Source of the DNA: Pseudomonadota bacterium
GTDB lineage: Bacteria > Myxococcota_A > Bradymonadia > UBA4248
Reading direction: 5' to 3'
Length of the DNA stretch: 47,999 bases
NCBI GenBank assembly: GCA_017421975.1
Contig: JAFOHE010000049.1
Location: 1 to 47,999, forward strand
The notes beneath the pieces were generated by a model. The model was not told where the DNA came from. It worked only from the letters and a program-made list of their open reading frames with translations, and did no database searches. Positions 1 to 7,788 of the stretch are shown here, piece by piece. Numbering within the stretch: the first letter of the stretch is position 1; each line of letters opens with the position of its first letter. Made by a program: the position numbers and the translations under genes.

Positions 1-913
1 GGGTGCTGCCCAGATGGACGGCGCGATCCTCGTCGTTTCTGCAGCTGATGGCCCGATGCCTCAGACGCGTGAACACATCCTTCTTGCCCGCCAGGTCGGT
101 GTTCCTTACATCGTTGTTTATCTCAACAAAGCTGACCTCGTCGATGATGCCGAACTTCTCGAACTCGTCGAAATGGAAGTTCGCGAACTTCTTTCGAGCT
201 ATGAATTCCCTGGCGACGACACCCCGATCATCGTTGGTTCCGCACTTCAGGCTCTCGAAGGTGTTGACAGCGAATATGGTACGAAGTCAATTGAAAAGCT
301 CATGGATGCTGTTGACAGCTACATTCCGACCCCGCAGCGTCCGATCGACAAGCCTTTCCTCATGCCTGTCGAAGACGTCTTCTCGATCTCCGGTCGTGGT
401 ACTGTTGCCACGGGTCGTGTCGAAGCTGGCCAGATCCGCGTTTCCGATGCCGTTGATATCGTTGGTTTGAAAGATCAGATCGACAAAACGGTTGTTACGG
501 GCGTTGAAATGTTCCGTAAACTTCTTGAATACGGTGAAGCTGGTGACAACATTGGTTGCCTCCTCCGTGGTACGAAGAAAGACGAAATCGAACGTGGTCA
601 GGTTCTTGCGAAACCGGGTTCGGTCCATCCTCACAAATCCTTCATTGGCCAGGTTTACATCCTCTCCAAAGAAGAAGGTGGCCGTCACACGATGTTCCGT
701 AATGGTTATCGTCCTCAGTTCTATTTCCGTACAACGGACGTTACGGGTGTTGTTACCCTCAAAGACATCGAAATGGTTATGCCTGGTGACCACGTCGACA
801 TCAAAGTTGATCTTATCACCCCGATCGCCATGCACGAAGGTCTTCGTTTCTCCATCCGTGAAGGTGGCAAAACGGTCGGCGCTGGCGTCGTCTCCAAGAT
901 TCTTGATGTCTAA
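1..913 (+). CDS. tuf: Elongation factor Tu, C-terminal ~300 aa (5' end lies upstream of the window)
   Basis: Frame 2 is open from the first base. It reads [35 protein letters not shown]...[24 protein letters not shown]...[17 protein letters not shown], typical EF-Tu G-domain end plus domains II/III. Stop TAA at 911-913. Confidence 0.97.
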   Translation, partial: GAAQMDGAILVVSAADGPMPQTREHILLARQVGVPYIVVYLNKADLVDDAELLELVEMEVRELLSSYEFPGDDTPIIVGSALQALEGVDSEYGTKSIEKLMDAVDSYIPTPQRPIDKPFLMPVEDVFSISGRGTVATGRVEAGQIRVSDAVDIVGLKDQIDKTVVTGVEMFRKLLEYGEAGDNIGCLLRGTKKDEIERGQVLAKPGSVHPHKSFIGQVYILSKEEGGRHTMFRNGYRPQFYFRTTDVTGVVTLKDIEMVMPGDHVDIKVDLITPIAMHEGLRFSIREGGKTVGAGVVSKILDV

Positions 914-958
914 TTAGATATGTAGCCCCTTCTTGACCGTAGAGCCATTGGGGGCTCT

Positions 959-1031
959 AGGGGCGTAGCTCAGTTGGTAGAGCAACGGCCTCCAAAGCCG
1001 TGGGCCGAGGGTTCGAGTCCTTCCACCCCTG
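959..1031 (+). tRNA. trpT: tRNA-Trp (anticodon CCA)
   Basis: AGGGGCGTAGCTCAGTTGGTAGAGCAACGGCCTCCAAAGCCGTGGGCCGAGGGTTCGAGTCCTTCCACCCCTG. D-arm is GCTCAGTTGGTAGAGC. Anticodon stem ACGGC/GCCGT closes loop CTCCAAA. T-arm contains GGTTCGAGTCC. One C-A mismatch in the acceptor stem; CCA is not encoded. It occupies the classical position between tuf and secE. Confidence 0.9.
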
Positions 1032-1035
1032 TTGC

Positions 1036-1075
1036 AAAAGCCTTTTGTCCCCAAGAGACAAAAGGCTTTTCTTTT
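1036..1075 (+). terminator. Rho-independent terminator after tRNA-Trp
   Basis: Perfect 14-bp stem AAAAGCCTTTTGTC / GACAAAAGGCTTTT with loop CCCAAGA, followed by CTTTTC. Confidence 0.7.
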
Positions 1076-1102
1076 CCCCTTCTCATTTTCATATTGTACG
1101 TC

Positions 1103-1486
1103 ATGGATGAAGTAAAACGTTACGTCAATATATCTTTTGTGTTCGTGATGATGGTGATGGCATGGCTATTTGTCAATGTCATATCCCTTATTTTTGGTTT
1201 GTTATCTGTCATGGACAAGCCATTGATGGGTGATACGGTTCGATATTCGACGGTAGCCGGTCTTATATTAGCGATCATTGGAACGATCATGCTTTGGCGC
1301 AATTCCAAAGTCTATAACTGGGCACTCAACGTGGCCTACGAGATGAAGCAGGTGACGTGGCCGACGATGGATGAGACGAAGTATGCGATGAAAGTAGTTA
1401 TCGCGACGAGTGTGATTGTCGCGTTAATACTTTTCCTTTTTGATTTCGTTTCGAAAGGTTTTACAGACTGGATTTTGGGGATATAG
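1103..1486 (+). CDS. secE: Preprotein translocase subunit SecE (3-TM form, 127 aa)
   Basis: Uses the internal ATG at aa 44 of ORF 974..1486, because the upstream part of that ORF overlaps the tRNA. Three hydrophobic segments. C-terminal EMKQVTWPTMDETKYAMKVVIATSVIVALILFLFDF matches the conserved SecE core. Position is the conserved tuf-secE-nusG slot. Confidence 0.8.
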   Translation: MDEVKRYVNISFVFVMMVMAWLFVNVISLIFGLLSVMDKPLMGDTVRYSTVAGLILAIIGTIMLWRNSKVYNWALNVAYEMKQVTWPTMDETKYAMKVVIATSVIVALILFLFDFVSKGFTDWILGI

Positions 1487-1593
1487 TGTCCTGAGATTTA
1501 GCAGCTGCAAAGAGACGCGTGAAGTATAAGAGCGAGTGAGATCGAGGTAGTTGCTATGTTTGTTTGGTAGAGAGTATTTTTTATTAATAAGGC

Positions 1594-1622
1594 TTGACTA
1601 AACGCTATTGCTGGTTTATAAG
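1594..1622 (+). promoter_or_regulatory. Putative sigma70-type promoter upstream of nusG
   Basis: TTGACT (1594-1599), 17-nt spacer, TATAAG (1617-1622), about 75 nt upstream of the nusG start. Confidence 0.45.
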
Positions 1623-1697
1623 ACCGCCGTTTTTTCGGGCGATAAAACTGAAAAAACGCGTAAGGTTGTTTGATCAGTTTTAGGAGTGAAATCCGTT

Positions 1698-2282
1698 ATG
1701 AAATGGTATATCGTCAATACGCTGTCTGGCGCTGAAATGAGTGCATACAAGTCGCTCATGAAGAGTATTGAGGAAGCGGATCCCGCAACCAAAGCGCTTT
1801 TTGGAGAAGTCCTTGTGCCGACGACAACGGTTGTAGATCCGACGAAGAAAAATAGCAAAGGGCGCACAGAAAAGTTTATGCCTGGCTATATGATGATCCA
1901 GATGGAGATGGATGAGAAGAGTTATCGACTTGTCAATTCGATATCGAAGATCGTCGGTTTTATTGGTCGGCCGTCAGCCCGTGGAGGCATGGCATCGCCT
2001 GAACGCAGCGCACAGATGTTGCAGGAAATTCCTGCGATGAGCGAAGCGGAAGTAGAGAAAGTGAAGAGTCAGATGAATCTCTCGGTTGAGAAAGTTGTGA
2101 CAACAGTAGAGATGAATTTGAAAGATAAAGTCCGTGTTACAAACGGTCCATTTGTGAACTTTGAGGGCACAGTTGAAGCTGTCGATAATGAGAAGCGACG
2201 GATCAGTGTGAACTTGAGTATATTGGGTCGCGTTATGCCTATCGATCTTGATTTCTCGCAGGTCGAGCGGGTGAACGCTTAA
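1698..2282 (+). CDS. nusG: Transcription termination/antitermination factor NusG (194 aa)
   Basis: [13 protein letters not shown]... is the NGN-domain start. C-terminal KOW region reads [53 protein letters not shown] lies 11 nt upstream of the ATG at 1698. Synteny with secE and rplK. Confidence 0.93.
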   Translation: MKWYIVNTLSGAEMSAYKSLMKSIEEADPATKALFGEVLVPTTTVVDPTKKNSKGRTEKFMPGYMMIQMEMDEKSYRLVNSISKIVGFIGRPSARGGMASPERSAQMLQEIPAMSEAEVEKVKSQMNLSVEKVVTTVEMNLKDKVRVTNGPFVNFEGTVEAVDNEKRRISVNLSILGRVMPIDLDFSQVERVNA

Positions 2283-2302
2283 TCATTATTGGAAGAAAGA
2301 CA

Positions 2303-2728
2303 ATGGCCAAGAAAATTGTAGGTTATGTCAAATTGCAGTGTCCTGCTGGCAAAGCGAATCCTGCACCTCCTGTTGGTCCGGCACTCGGTCAGCACGGTGT
2401 CAACATTATGGATTTCTGCAAGCAGTTCAATGCTAAGACACAGAAAGGTGAAGGCATTCTGACGCCTGTTGTTATCACGGTTTACGCCGATCGCAGCTTT
2501 AGCTTTGTTATCAAGACGCCTCCTGCAGCCGTCCTGATCATGAAAGAACTCGGTCTTAAAGGCGGTTCAGGTGTTCCTAACCGTGAAAAAGTCGGCAAGA
2601 TCACAAAGGCTCAGGTTCGTAAAATTGCCGAGGTCAAACTTCCTGACCTCAATACAGATGATATCGAAGCTGCAATGCGCACAGTTGCTGGCACGTGCCG
2701 CAGCATGGGCGTTGATATTGTCGATTAA
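2303..2728 (+). CDS. rplK: 50S ribosomal protein L11
   Basis: [44 protein letters not shown]... is the canonical L11 N-terminus. Confidence 0.97.
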   Translation: MAKKIVGYVKLQCPAGKANPAPPVGPALGQHGVNIMDFCKQFNAKTQKGEGILTPVVITVYADRSFSFVIKTPPAAVLIMKELGLKGGSGVPNREKVGKITKAQVRKIAEVKLPDLNTDDIEAAMRTVAGTCRSMGVDIVD

Positions 2729-2742
2729 TAAGGAGCGACATA

Positions 2743-3438
2743 ATGTCTAGAGGTAAGAAGTACGTAGAGTCGATCAAATTGGTCGACAGGCAGAAGCGTT
2801 ACAGCGACATCGTTGAAGCGATGACGATCGTCAAGAATATGACGACGACAAAATTTGATGCAAGCGTCGACGTTGCCGTTCGTTTGGGCGTCGATCCGCG
2901 TCATGCGGATCAGATGGTTCGCGGCGCGGTTGTACTGCCTCACGGAATCGGTAAAACAGTCCGCGTGCTTGTTTTTGCACAGGGTGACAAAGAAAAAGAA
3001 GCTTTGGAAGCTGGTGCCGATTTTGTGGGTGCAGACGACCTCATTCAGAAGATTCAGGAAGGCTGGTTTGATTTTGATAAAGTCATCGCCACACCTGACA
3101 TGATGGGTAAAGTAGGCCGTCTCGGTCGCGTACTTGGCCCGCGCGGTTTGATGCCTAACCCCAAAGTTGGAACGGTCACGCCCGATGTTGCCCGTGCCGT
3201 CAAAGAAACAAAAGCCGGTCGTGTGGAATTCCGTGTTGAACGCGCCGGTATCGTGCATGCTCCCGTAGGTCGTGCATCCTTCTCCGCAGAAGCGCTTGCC
3301 GATAACTTCAAAGCATTGCTCGAACTTCTCAACAAACTCCGTCCTGCCACCGTTAAGGGACAGTACATCCGCTCAGTGTCCATCAGCTCGACGATGAGCC
3401 CTGGCGTAAAAATCGATCCCGTCAGTGTTTCGAAATAA
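2743..3438 (+). CDS. rplA: 50S ribosomal protein L1
   Basis: [35 protein letters not shown]...[22 protein letters not shown] is the canonical L1 pattern. Confidence 0.97.
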   Translation: MSRGKKYVESIKLVDRQKRYSDIVEAMTIVKNMTTTKFDASVDVAVRLGVDPRHADQMVRGAVVLPHGIGKTVRVLVFAQGDKEKEALEAGADFVGADDLIQKIQEGWFDFDKVIATPDMMGKVGRLGRVLGPRGLMPNPKVGTVTPDVARAVKETKAGRVEFRVERAGIVHAPVGRASFSAEALADNFKALLELLNKLRPATVKGQYIRSVSISSTMSPGVKIDPVSVSK

Positions 3439-3462
3439 TTTTTGAAAATTTGACGAATTCGT

Positions 3463-3491
3463 TTGACATTTTTTGCGGGCACATTTAGAAT
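3463..3491 (+). promoter_or_regulatory. Putative sigma70-type promoter for rplJ-rplL
   Basis: TTGACA (3463-3468), 17-nt spacer, TAGAAT (3486-3491). A long untranslated leader runs to the rplJ start at 3684, the position of L10-leader autoregulatory RNAs in other bacteria. Confidence 0.5.
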
Positions 3492-3504
3492 GTGCCCGCT
3501 TTTT
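3475..3504 (+). terminator. Hairpin plus T-run after rplA, overlapping the rplJ promoter
   Basis: GCGGGCACA / TGTGCCCGC 9-bp stem, loop TTTAGAA, then TTTTT. The -10 hexamer sits in the loop and 3' arm. Confidence 0.5.
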
Positions 3505-3683
3505 GGGACGGCCATCCAAACCGTCGGAGATGCAGGCAGCGTAAGCTTTAATGTTCGTGAGAACGCCAGCGGAGCCGGTAAAATTGGTCAGCAGCTAATG
3601 CTCTGATTAACGAACCCTTGCTTCAATCCGATTGATTGAATCGTCCGTTTTCTTTTGTTTGTTCGTTCATTCACAGAGGCATT

Positions 3684-4181
3684 ATGAATCGAGTAGAAAA
3701 AACAGCCGCGATTGAGCAGTACAAAGCGCTCTTCGATGGCATCGAATCGATGGTGCTCGTTGATACCAGTGGTGTCAACGTTAATTCCATCAACGAGGTT
3801 CGCTCGAAATTCCGTGCTGAAGGCGTGACCTTCGTCGTTATTAAAAACACGTTGGCAGCGCACGCGCTTCAGGGTACTGAATTAGAGCCCATTACGGCCC
3901 TCTTTAAAGGCCCCATTGCGATCGCTCTTAAAAAAGACGATCCCATTACGCCTGCTAAAGTCGCCGCAGCTTTCGCGAAAGACAATCCTAAATTTGAGAT
4001 CCGTGGTGGTTTCGCCTTCGGTAAGGTTCTCGACGTCAAAGGCGTTGATGAACTTTCCAAAACGAAAGGCCGCAAAGACCTCCTTTCGGAAGTTCTCTCC
4101 CTCTTCAAAGCTTCTCAGACGCGTTTTGCCGCCGTTATCAAAGCCTACGCCGAGAAACTCGAAGAAGCTCAGTCCGCTTAA
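3684..4181 (+). CDS. rplJ: 50S ribosomal protein L10 (165 aa)
   Basis: Uses the internal ATG at aa 17 of ORF 3636..4181. MNRVEKTAAIEQYKALFDG...VDTSGVNVNSINEVRSKFRAEGVTFVVIKNTLA is L10-like. Lies between rplA and rplL. Confidence 0.92.
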   Translation: MNRVEKTAAIEQYKALFDGIESMVLVDTSGVNVNSINEVRSKFRAEGVTFVVIKNTLAAHALQGTELEPITALFKGPIAIALKKDDPITPAKVAAAFAKDNPKFEIRGGFAFGKVLDVKGVDELSKTKGRKDLLSEVLSLFKASQTRFAAVIKAYAEKLEEAQSA

Positions 4182-4267
4182 TACATTCCGCACATCGTGT
4201 GCGATATTTTCCCTTTTAATTTTAATTTAACGTCCCCTCATTGGGGAATTCATGGAGATTTATACTC

Positions 4268-4642
4268 ATGGCCGCTACGAAAGAAGAAGTTATTGCTTAC
4301 CTTGAAAGCTTGAACATTATCGAACTTAACAACCTCGTTAAAGAACTCGAAGAAAAATGGGACGTCAAAGCCGCTTGTGGTGGTGCCGTCGTCGTCGCCG
4401 CTGCTGATGCTGCAGCTGCAGAAGAACCGACCGAATTCAAAGCCATCCTCGCTGAAGTTGGCAGCAACAAAATTGGCGTCATCAAAGAAATCCGCGCGAT
4501 CACCGGTCTTGGCCTCAAAGAAGCCAAAGAACTCGTCGATGGTGCTCCTTCCGTCATCAAAGAAGGCCTCGAGAAAGAAGCTGCTGAAGACATCAAGAAG
4601 AAAGTCGAAGCTGCTGGTGCTAAGGTCGAAATCAAAGCCTAA
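4268..4642 (+). CDS. rplL: 50S ribosomal protein L7/L12 (124 aa)
   Basis: [33 protein letters not shown]..., an Ala-rich hinge, then [60 protein letters not shown] lies upstream of the ATG at 4268. Confidence 0.96.
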   Translation: MAATKEEVIAYLESLNIIELNNLVKELEEKWDVKAACGGAVVVAAADAAAAEEPTEFKAILAEVGSNKIGVIKEIRAITGLGLKEAKELVDGAPSVIKEGLEKEAAEDIKKKVEAAGAKVEIKA

Positions 4643-4667
4643 TTTCAAGGTGGCTTGATTCCTCTTT

Positions 4668-4700
4668 AAAAAGCCTCTCCTTTTGGAGAGGCTTTTTTTT
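4668..4700 (+). terminator. Rho-independent terminator after rplL
   Basis: AGCCTCTCC-TTTT-GGAGAGGCT followed by T7. Confidence 0.85.
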
Positions 4701-4740
4701 GGCTTTCTACACGCGTGGAATCCGAAAAACTGTTGTAAAA

Positions 4741-4890
4741 AAACGCTGCGTATTGGCGTAAGCCAATAGCAGCGTCATGGCAGCGTATTGGCGTAAGCCA
4801 ATAGCAGCCATTTAAAAATAAAAACGCTGCGTATTGGCGTAAGCCAATAGCAGCGTTGCGGTAGCGTATTGGCGTAAGCCAATCGCTGCC
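4741..4890 (-). repeat. Array of four TAT/ATA-C core hairpins, organised as two copies of an ~81-bp unit
   Basis: GCGTATTGGCGTAAGCCAATAGC-type hairpins at 4745-4773, 4783-4805, 4826-4854 and 4864-4886. 4745 and 4826 carry the extended GCTGC/GCAGC outer stem. Read on the minus strand they fit the family consensus outer stem-TAT-stem-loop-stem-ATA-C-outer stem. Copies 1 and 3 are followed on the minus strand by T-runs. Confidence 0.85.
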
Positions 4891-4900
4891 GTTTTATGAT

Positions 4901-5494
4901 TTATTTTTTTTCACATACCTGGAGAGCATGTTCTGCCATTTCGCGGGCACTTGGATCTGTCTCCATTTTGAGCATCATTTCGAGATCGGGTACAAAAGCA
5001 GGCCACTGTGTGATGGCGGCGGCTCTGGCAGCGCAATAACGTGCCTTGGGCAGATCGTGATCGAGTGCGTTCGCAATGGTTTTGATCATATCGGCGTCGG
5101 GTTTGCGTCCCAAAAGTCCTAATGCAATGAGGAGACGGGCATCAAAAAAGCGTTTTTGGCACTGCTCAATGAGTTCGTTGATGGTGTAGCAATCGATGGT
5201 TGTGTTGAAGAGTTCGCGTGCGCGTTTTGAGATCCACGATTGTTTGGATTTGATTGTGGCATAACAAATTTCATCGTGGAGATCACGGACGATGGTGAGT
5301 TCTGTTTGTAGTTCTTCATCGACCGATTGCCATGTCATTTGATGTAGATGCGTCAGATTTGAAGTTTCGTCACTGACAAGCTCCAAATGGACGCCGTCTA
5401 CAGCGAGCGTCTGTATGACAGACATAATTTTCTCAAAAAACTCCGGATCATTCGGATCGGGATTATCTCTGAATACGCTTCGTCTATTGTGCAT
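4901..5494 (-). CDS. Hypothetical protein, 197 aa, possible HEAT/armadillo-like C-terminal helices
   Basis: Long ORF with ATG start. No recognisable catalytic motif. The C-terminal part (LLGRKPDADMIKTIANALDHDLPKARYCAARAAAITQWP...DPSAREMAEHAL) resembles HEAT-repeat helices. Lies downstream of and co-oriented with 5635..7086. Confidence 0.55.
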   Translation of the reverse strand: MHNRRSVFRDNPDPNDPEFFEKIMSVIQTLAVDGVHLELVSDETSNLTHLHQMTWQSVDEELQTELTIVRDLHDEICYATIKSKQSWISKRARELFNTTIDCYTINELIEQCQKRFFDARLLIALGLLGRKPDADMIKTIANALDHDLPKARYCAARAAAITQWPAFVPDLEMMLKMETDPSAREMAEHALQVCEKK

Positions 5495-5634
5495 AAGATT
5501 AGGACTTTATAAATTGGTCAAAAAACAACGGGCACACATACTTTTTTAAGTAACGGGTACAACCGTTTTAAGTATAGTTTACACGAGAATGTGTTGAAAT
5601 GACAGTCACGGTTTTGAAAATACGCGAAATATCG

Positions 5635-7086
5635 TTAGCGCGCGACGCCGTAGTCGCGCAGATAGTTTCCAAAAGCGGACATAATATTGCGTGCGAGCAT
5701 GATGAACCATGAGGCATCTGGTCCGTCTTCGCAAACGATGAGAAGTTCGCGGGGGTGTTCACGCGTGCCGGTGACCGTGACAACGAGTTGGGCATCACCG
5801 TTGACTTTTGCACCAAGTGGCCATTTCATGTGGAGGCGACATCGTTTCCATGACTCTTTTTCAAGTTCAAATTCGACGAGTGGCAATCTTGAAAAACGAC
5901 ACATTTGGCGTGTTTCGCCCAGTTTTTCGAGTGAAACGGTTCTCTGAAAGAACAGCGGCAGCCATTGCACGAATAATTCTGCAATTTCAGAGACAGATCT
6001 TCGCGGTTCTTTGGCGATTCGATAAACGTAATTGCGTGAATCATTGGCAATCTCGTGTTCAGTTCGAATACGTTCATTCCTTGCCGCAGTTCCCAGACGC
6101 GCATAAGCAGCATTTAAAATGGATGTGTCGTGATATTCCCGAACAAAATCGCGACAAGCTTGAAAGACGAGATCTGTGCGCGTCGTCTGGTTGTCACGGC
6201 GCACGGTCTGTTCTGTCGCACTGTGAAACTCGACAGCTTCAAGAAACAATTGCTCGTCGTGAAAAATCAGAGAATGCGGTTTTCGTATGATATCGGAAAT
6301 CGTCTTTTCGAACATACTTTTGGCATGACAAGCTGTTTTCATACATTTTAAGATTGCGTAATAAGAAACTGCTGTTTGGCCTTCGATTTGAATCACACGG
6401 CGCGTAGACCAGGCATTTTCATCCTTGCGGTCAACAGAAATGAGCGCTCTCATAAGCTCGCCGCTCGTCACAGGATCGATATAATTAAATAGTCGAACGT
6501 CTCGTTCAGATAGTCGATGGGCAGTCGCATAGTGAAGCATGCCCGTTATCATGACATCGTATTCACTCCATATCGGTGCAGTTTGCACGATTTGAAGCTG
6601 CTCAATGTTTTCCCTGAAAATGTCACACACTTCCCGCCAATAACTGAAGGCATTTCCCAAAGGACGTCCGTCATCGGGAAAGATGCGTGTAATGAGTACG
6701 ACGCGAATTTTGTCTTTGGCTTCATGCGCAAAATTCATGGCATCGCACAGGGCAACATCGTAACCGTACCCTTCTTTTGTTCGTCCTTCTGGTGGCGGTG
6801 TGAGACAAAAATAGTAGACCGTCATCAAGTCATGAAGCATTTTGCTTGTGTCACGTTCGCTTGTCATTGAACCTAGACGCCAACGATCAATATTCCAGCC
6901 GCAGGAGGCTTCACGGCCAAGTGCCACAATACTTTCTTTGGATGAAAAATGTCTCGATAGTACATGTGAAAATAAGGCTGCAATGCCGTCGAGTTGACCT
7001 GCAATTCCGATCATTTTGTTTGTCCTGCGCGTGACGAATGGTAGCGAAAGCCCACGTTTTGAGAAACACGATTTTTTGTGCTCCAC
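5635..7086 (-). CDS. Hypothetical protein, 483 aa (459 aa if it starts at ATG 7014)
   Basis: Longest ORF in this region. GTG start at 7086 has no clear RBS; an alternative ATG (MIGIAGQLDG) is at 7014. I recognise no domain. The overlapping plus-strand ORFs are short and fragmented. Confidence 0.6.
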   Translation of the reverse strand: MEHKKSCFSKRGLSLPFVTRRTNKMIGIAGQLDGIAALFSHVLSRHFSSKESIVALGREASCGWNIDRWRLGSMTSERDTSKMLHDLMTVYYFCLTPPPEGRTKEGYGYDVALCDAMNFAHEAKDKIRVVLITRIFPDDGRPLGNAFSYWREVCDIFRENIEQLQIVQTAPIWSEYDVMITGMLHYATAHRLSERDVRLFNYIDPVTSGELMRALISVDRKDENAWSTRRVIQIEGQTAVSYYAILKCMKTACHAKSMFEKTISDIIRKPHSLIFHDEQLFLEAVEFHSATEQTVRRDNQTTRTDLVFQACRDFVREYHDTSILNAAYARLGTAARNERIRTEHEIANDSRNYVYRIAKEPRRSVSEIAELFVQWLPLFFQRTVSLEKLGETRQMCRFSRLPLVEFELEKESWKRCRLHMKWPLGAKVNGDAQLVVTVTGTREHPRELLIVCEDGPDASWFIMLARNIMSAFGNYLRDYGVAR

Positions 7087-7151
7087 AAGACAGTTTTTGG
7101 ATGGTTTCTATAAAGTGTTTGGAGAAACATGTGAAATTTTTATGTTCGCGT

Positions 7152-7206
7152 CCTATCGCCTTTGGCGATACGTCCGCGCCGTCGCTATTGCCTTTGGCAA
7201 TACGCG
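7152..7206 (+). repeat. Two TAT/ATA-C core hairpins
   Basis: C-TAT-CGCC-TTT-GGCG-ATA-C-G (7152-7172) and CGC-TAT-TGCC-TTT-GGCA-ATA-C-GCG (7183-7206). Confidence 0.6.
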
Positions 7207-7311
7207 CCGGTTCTTGTTGTGGTTTTTGCTTTCCCGCGTGCTTTCGTCATCCATAAGTTTTAATGTTCATGTTATTGATAAAAATGATGCTTATTTATGT
7301 GAACAAACAAA

Positions 7312-7666
7312 AATTTTTCGTAACAGAGCACCCTTGTTTGGCATTATTCTTAGTGGGGGTGCAAGAGAAGGCCTACATGTAGTTATGTTAAAAGTTTATG
7401 TATGGAAACCTACATGTCGTTGGCCCACAAAATGGAAAGTTTCCCCATTCCTTGGCTTGTTTTTTGTAATGTTCACATAAAGTGAAAAAATACACCTGAA
7501 CAAGTGGAATTTTTCGTAACAGAGCGCCCTTGTTTGGCATTATTCTTAGTGGGGGTGCAAGAGAAGGCCTACATGTAGTTATTGTAAAAAGTTTATGTAT
7601 GGAAACCTACATGTCGTTAGACACAAAATAGAAGGCATCCCCATTCCTTGGCTTGTTTTCGTAATA
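7312..7666. repeat. Direct tandem repeat, two ~160-bp copies (~93% identical), period ~196 bp
   Basis: Copy 1 is ~7312-7470 and copy 2 ~7508-7666. Both read AATTTTTCGTAACAGAGC(A/G)CCCTTGTTTGGCATTATTCTTAGTGGGGGTGCAAGAGAAGGCCTACATGTAG...GGAAACCTACATGTCGTT...CCCCATTCCTTGGCTTGTTTT. Each copy holds two CCTACATGT boxes (7372, 7409, 7568, 7606); the first of each pair is the palindrome CTACATGTAG. Confidence 0.85.
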
Positions 7667-7788
7667 GGCATGATTTCATGTTTTGGTCAAAAATAGATTC
7701 ATCTCAATCATACAATTGTATGGATTGAGTTTTCTAGGCAGTATATAAGAATAATTGTGGTGCGATTGGGTATTGCTTGGAGAGAACG

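Noticed and set aside
974-1102. N-terminal extension of the secE ORF starting at 974
   Set aside because: The extension is translated through the tRNA-Trp gene and its terminator. The internal ATG at 1103 gives a normal 3-TM SecE.
287-3258. Several 80-180-aa ORFs antisense to or out of frame with tuf, rplK and rplA (e.g. 287..835, 492..917, 2725..3258, 2855..3103)
   Set aside because: They overlap unambiguous, highly conserved translation genes and have no independent support.
4741-4890. Regularly spaced palindromic repeats that could be mistaken for a small CRISPR array
   Set aside because: The repeats are 23-29 bp, but the intervening segments are only ~9-20 nt and are themselves duplicated as part of an 81-bp unit. 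No cas genes or leader are present, and the same core occurs singly at many other intergenic sites.
7339-7354. Sigma-54-like promoter TGGCAT-N5-TTAG (and TGGCTT...TTGT near 7453) inside the tandem repeats
   Set aside because: The essential -12 GC dinucleotide is missing in both candidates, and the second candidate is not preserved in repeat copy 2.
7016-7480. 154-aa ORF (and 7038..7256) in the gap upstream of the 483-aa gene
   Set aside because: It runs through hairpin repeats and the first tandem-repeat copy, is not conserved in the second repeat copy, and has no RBS or motifs.
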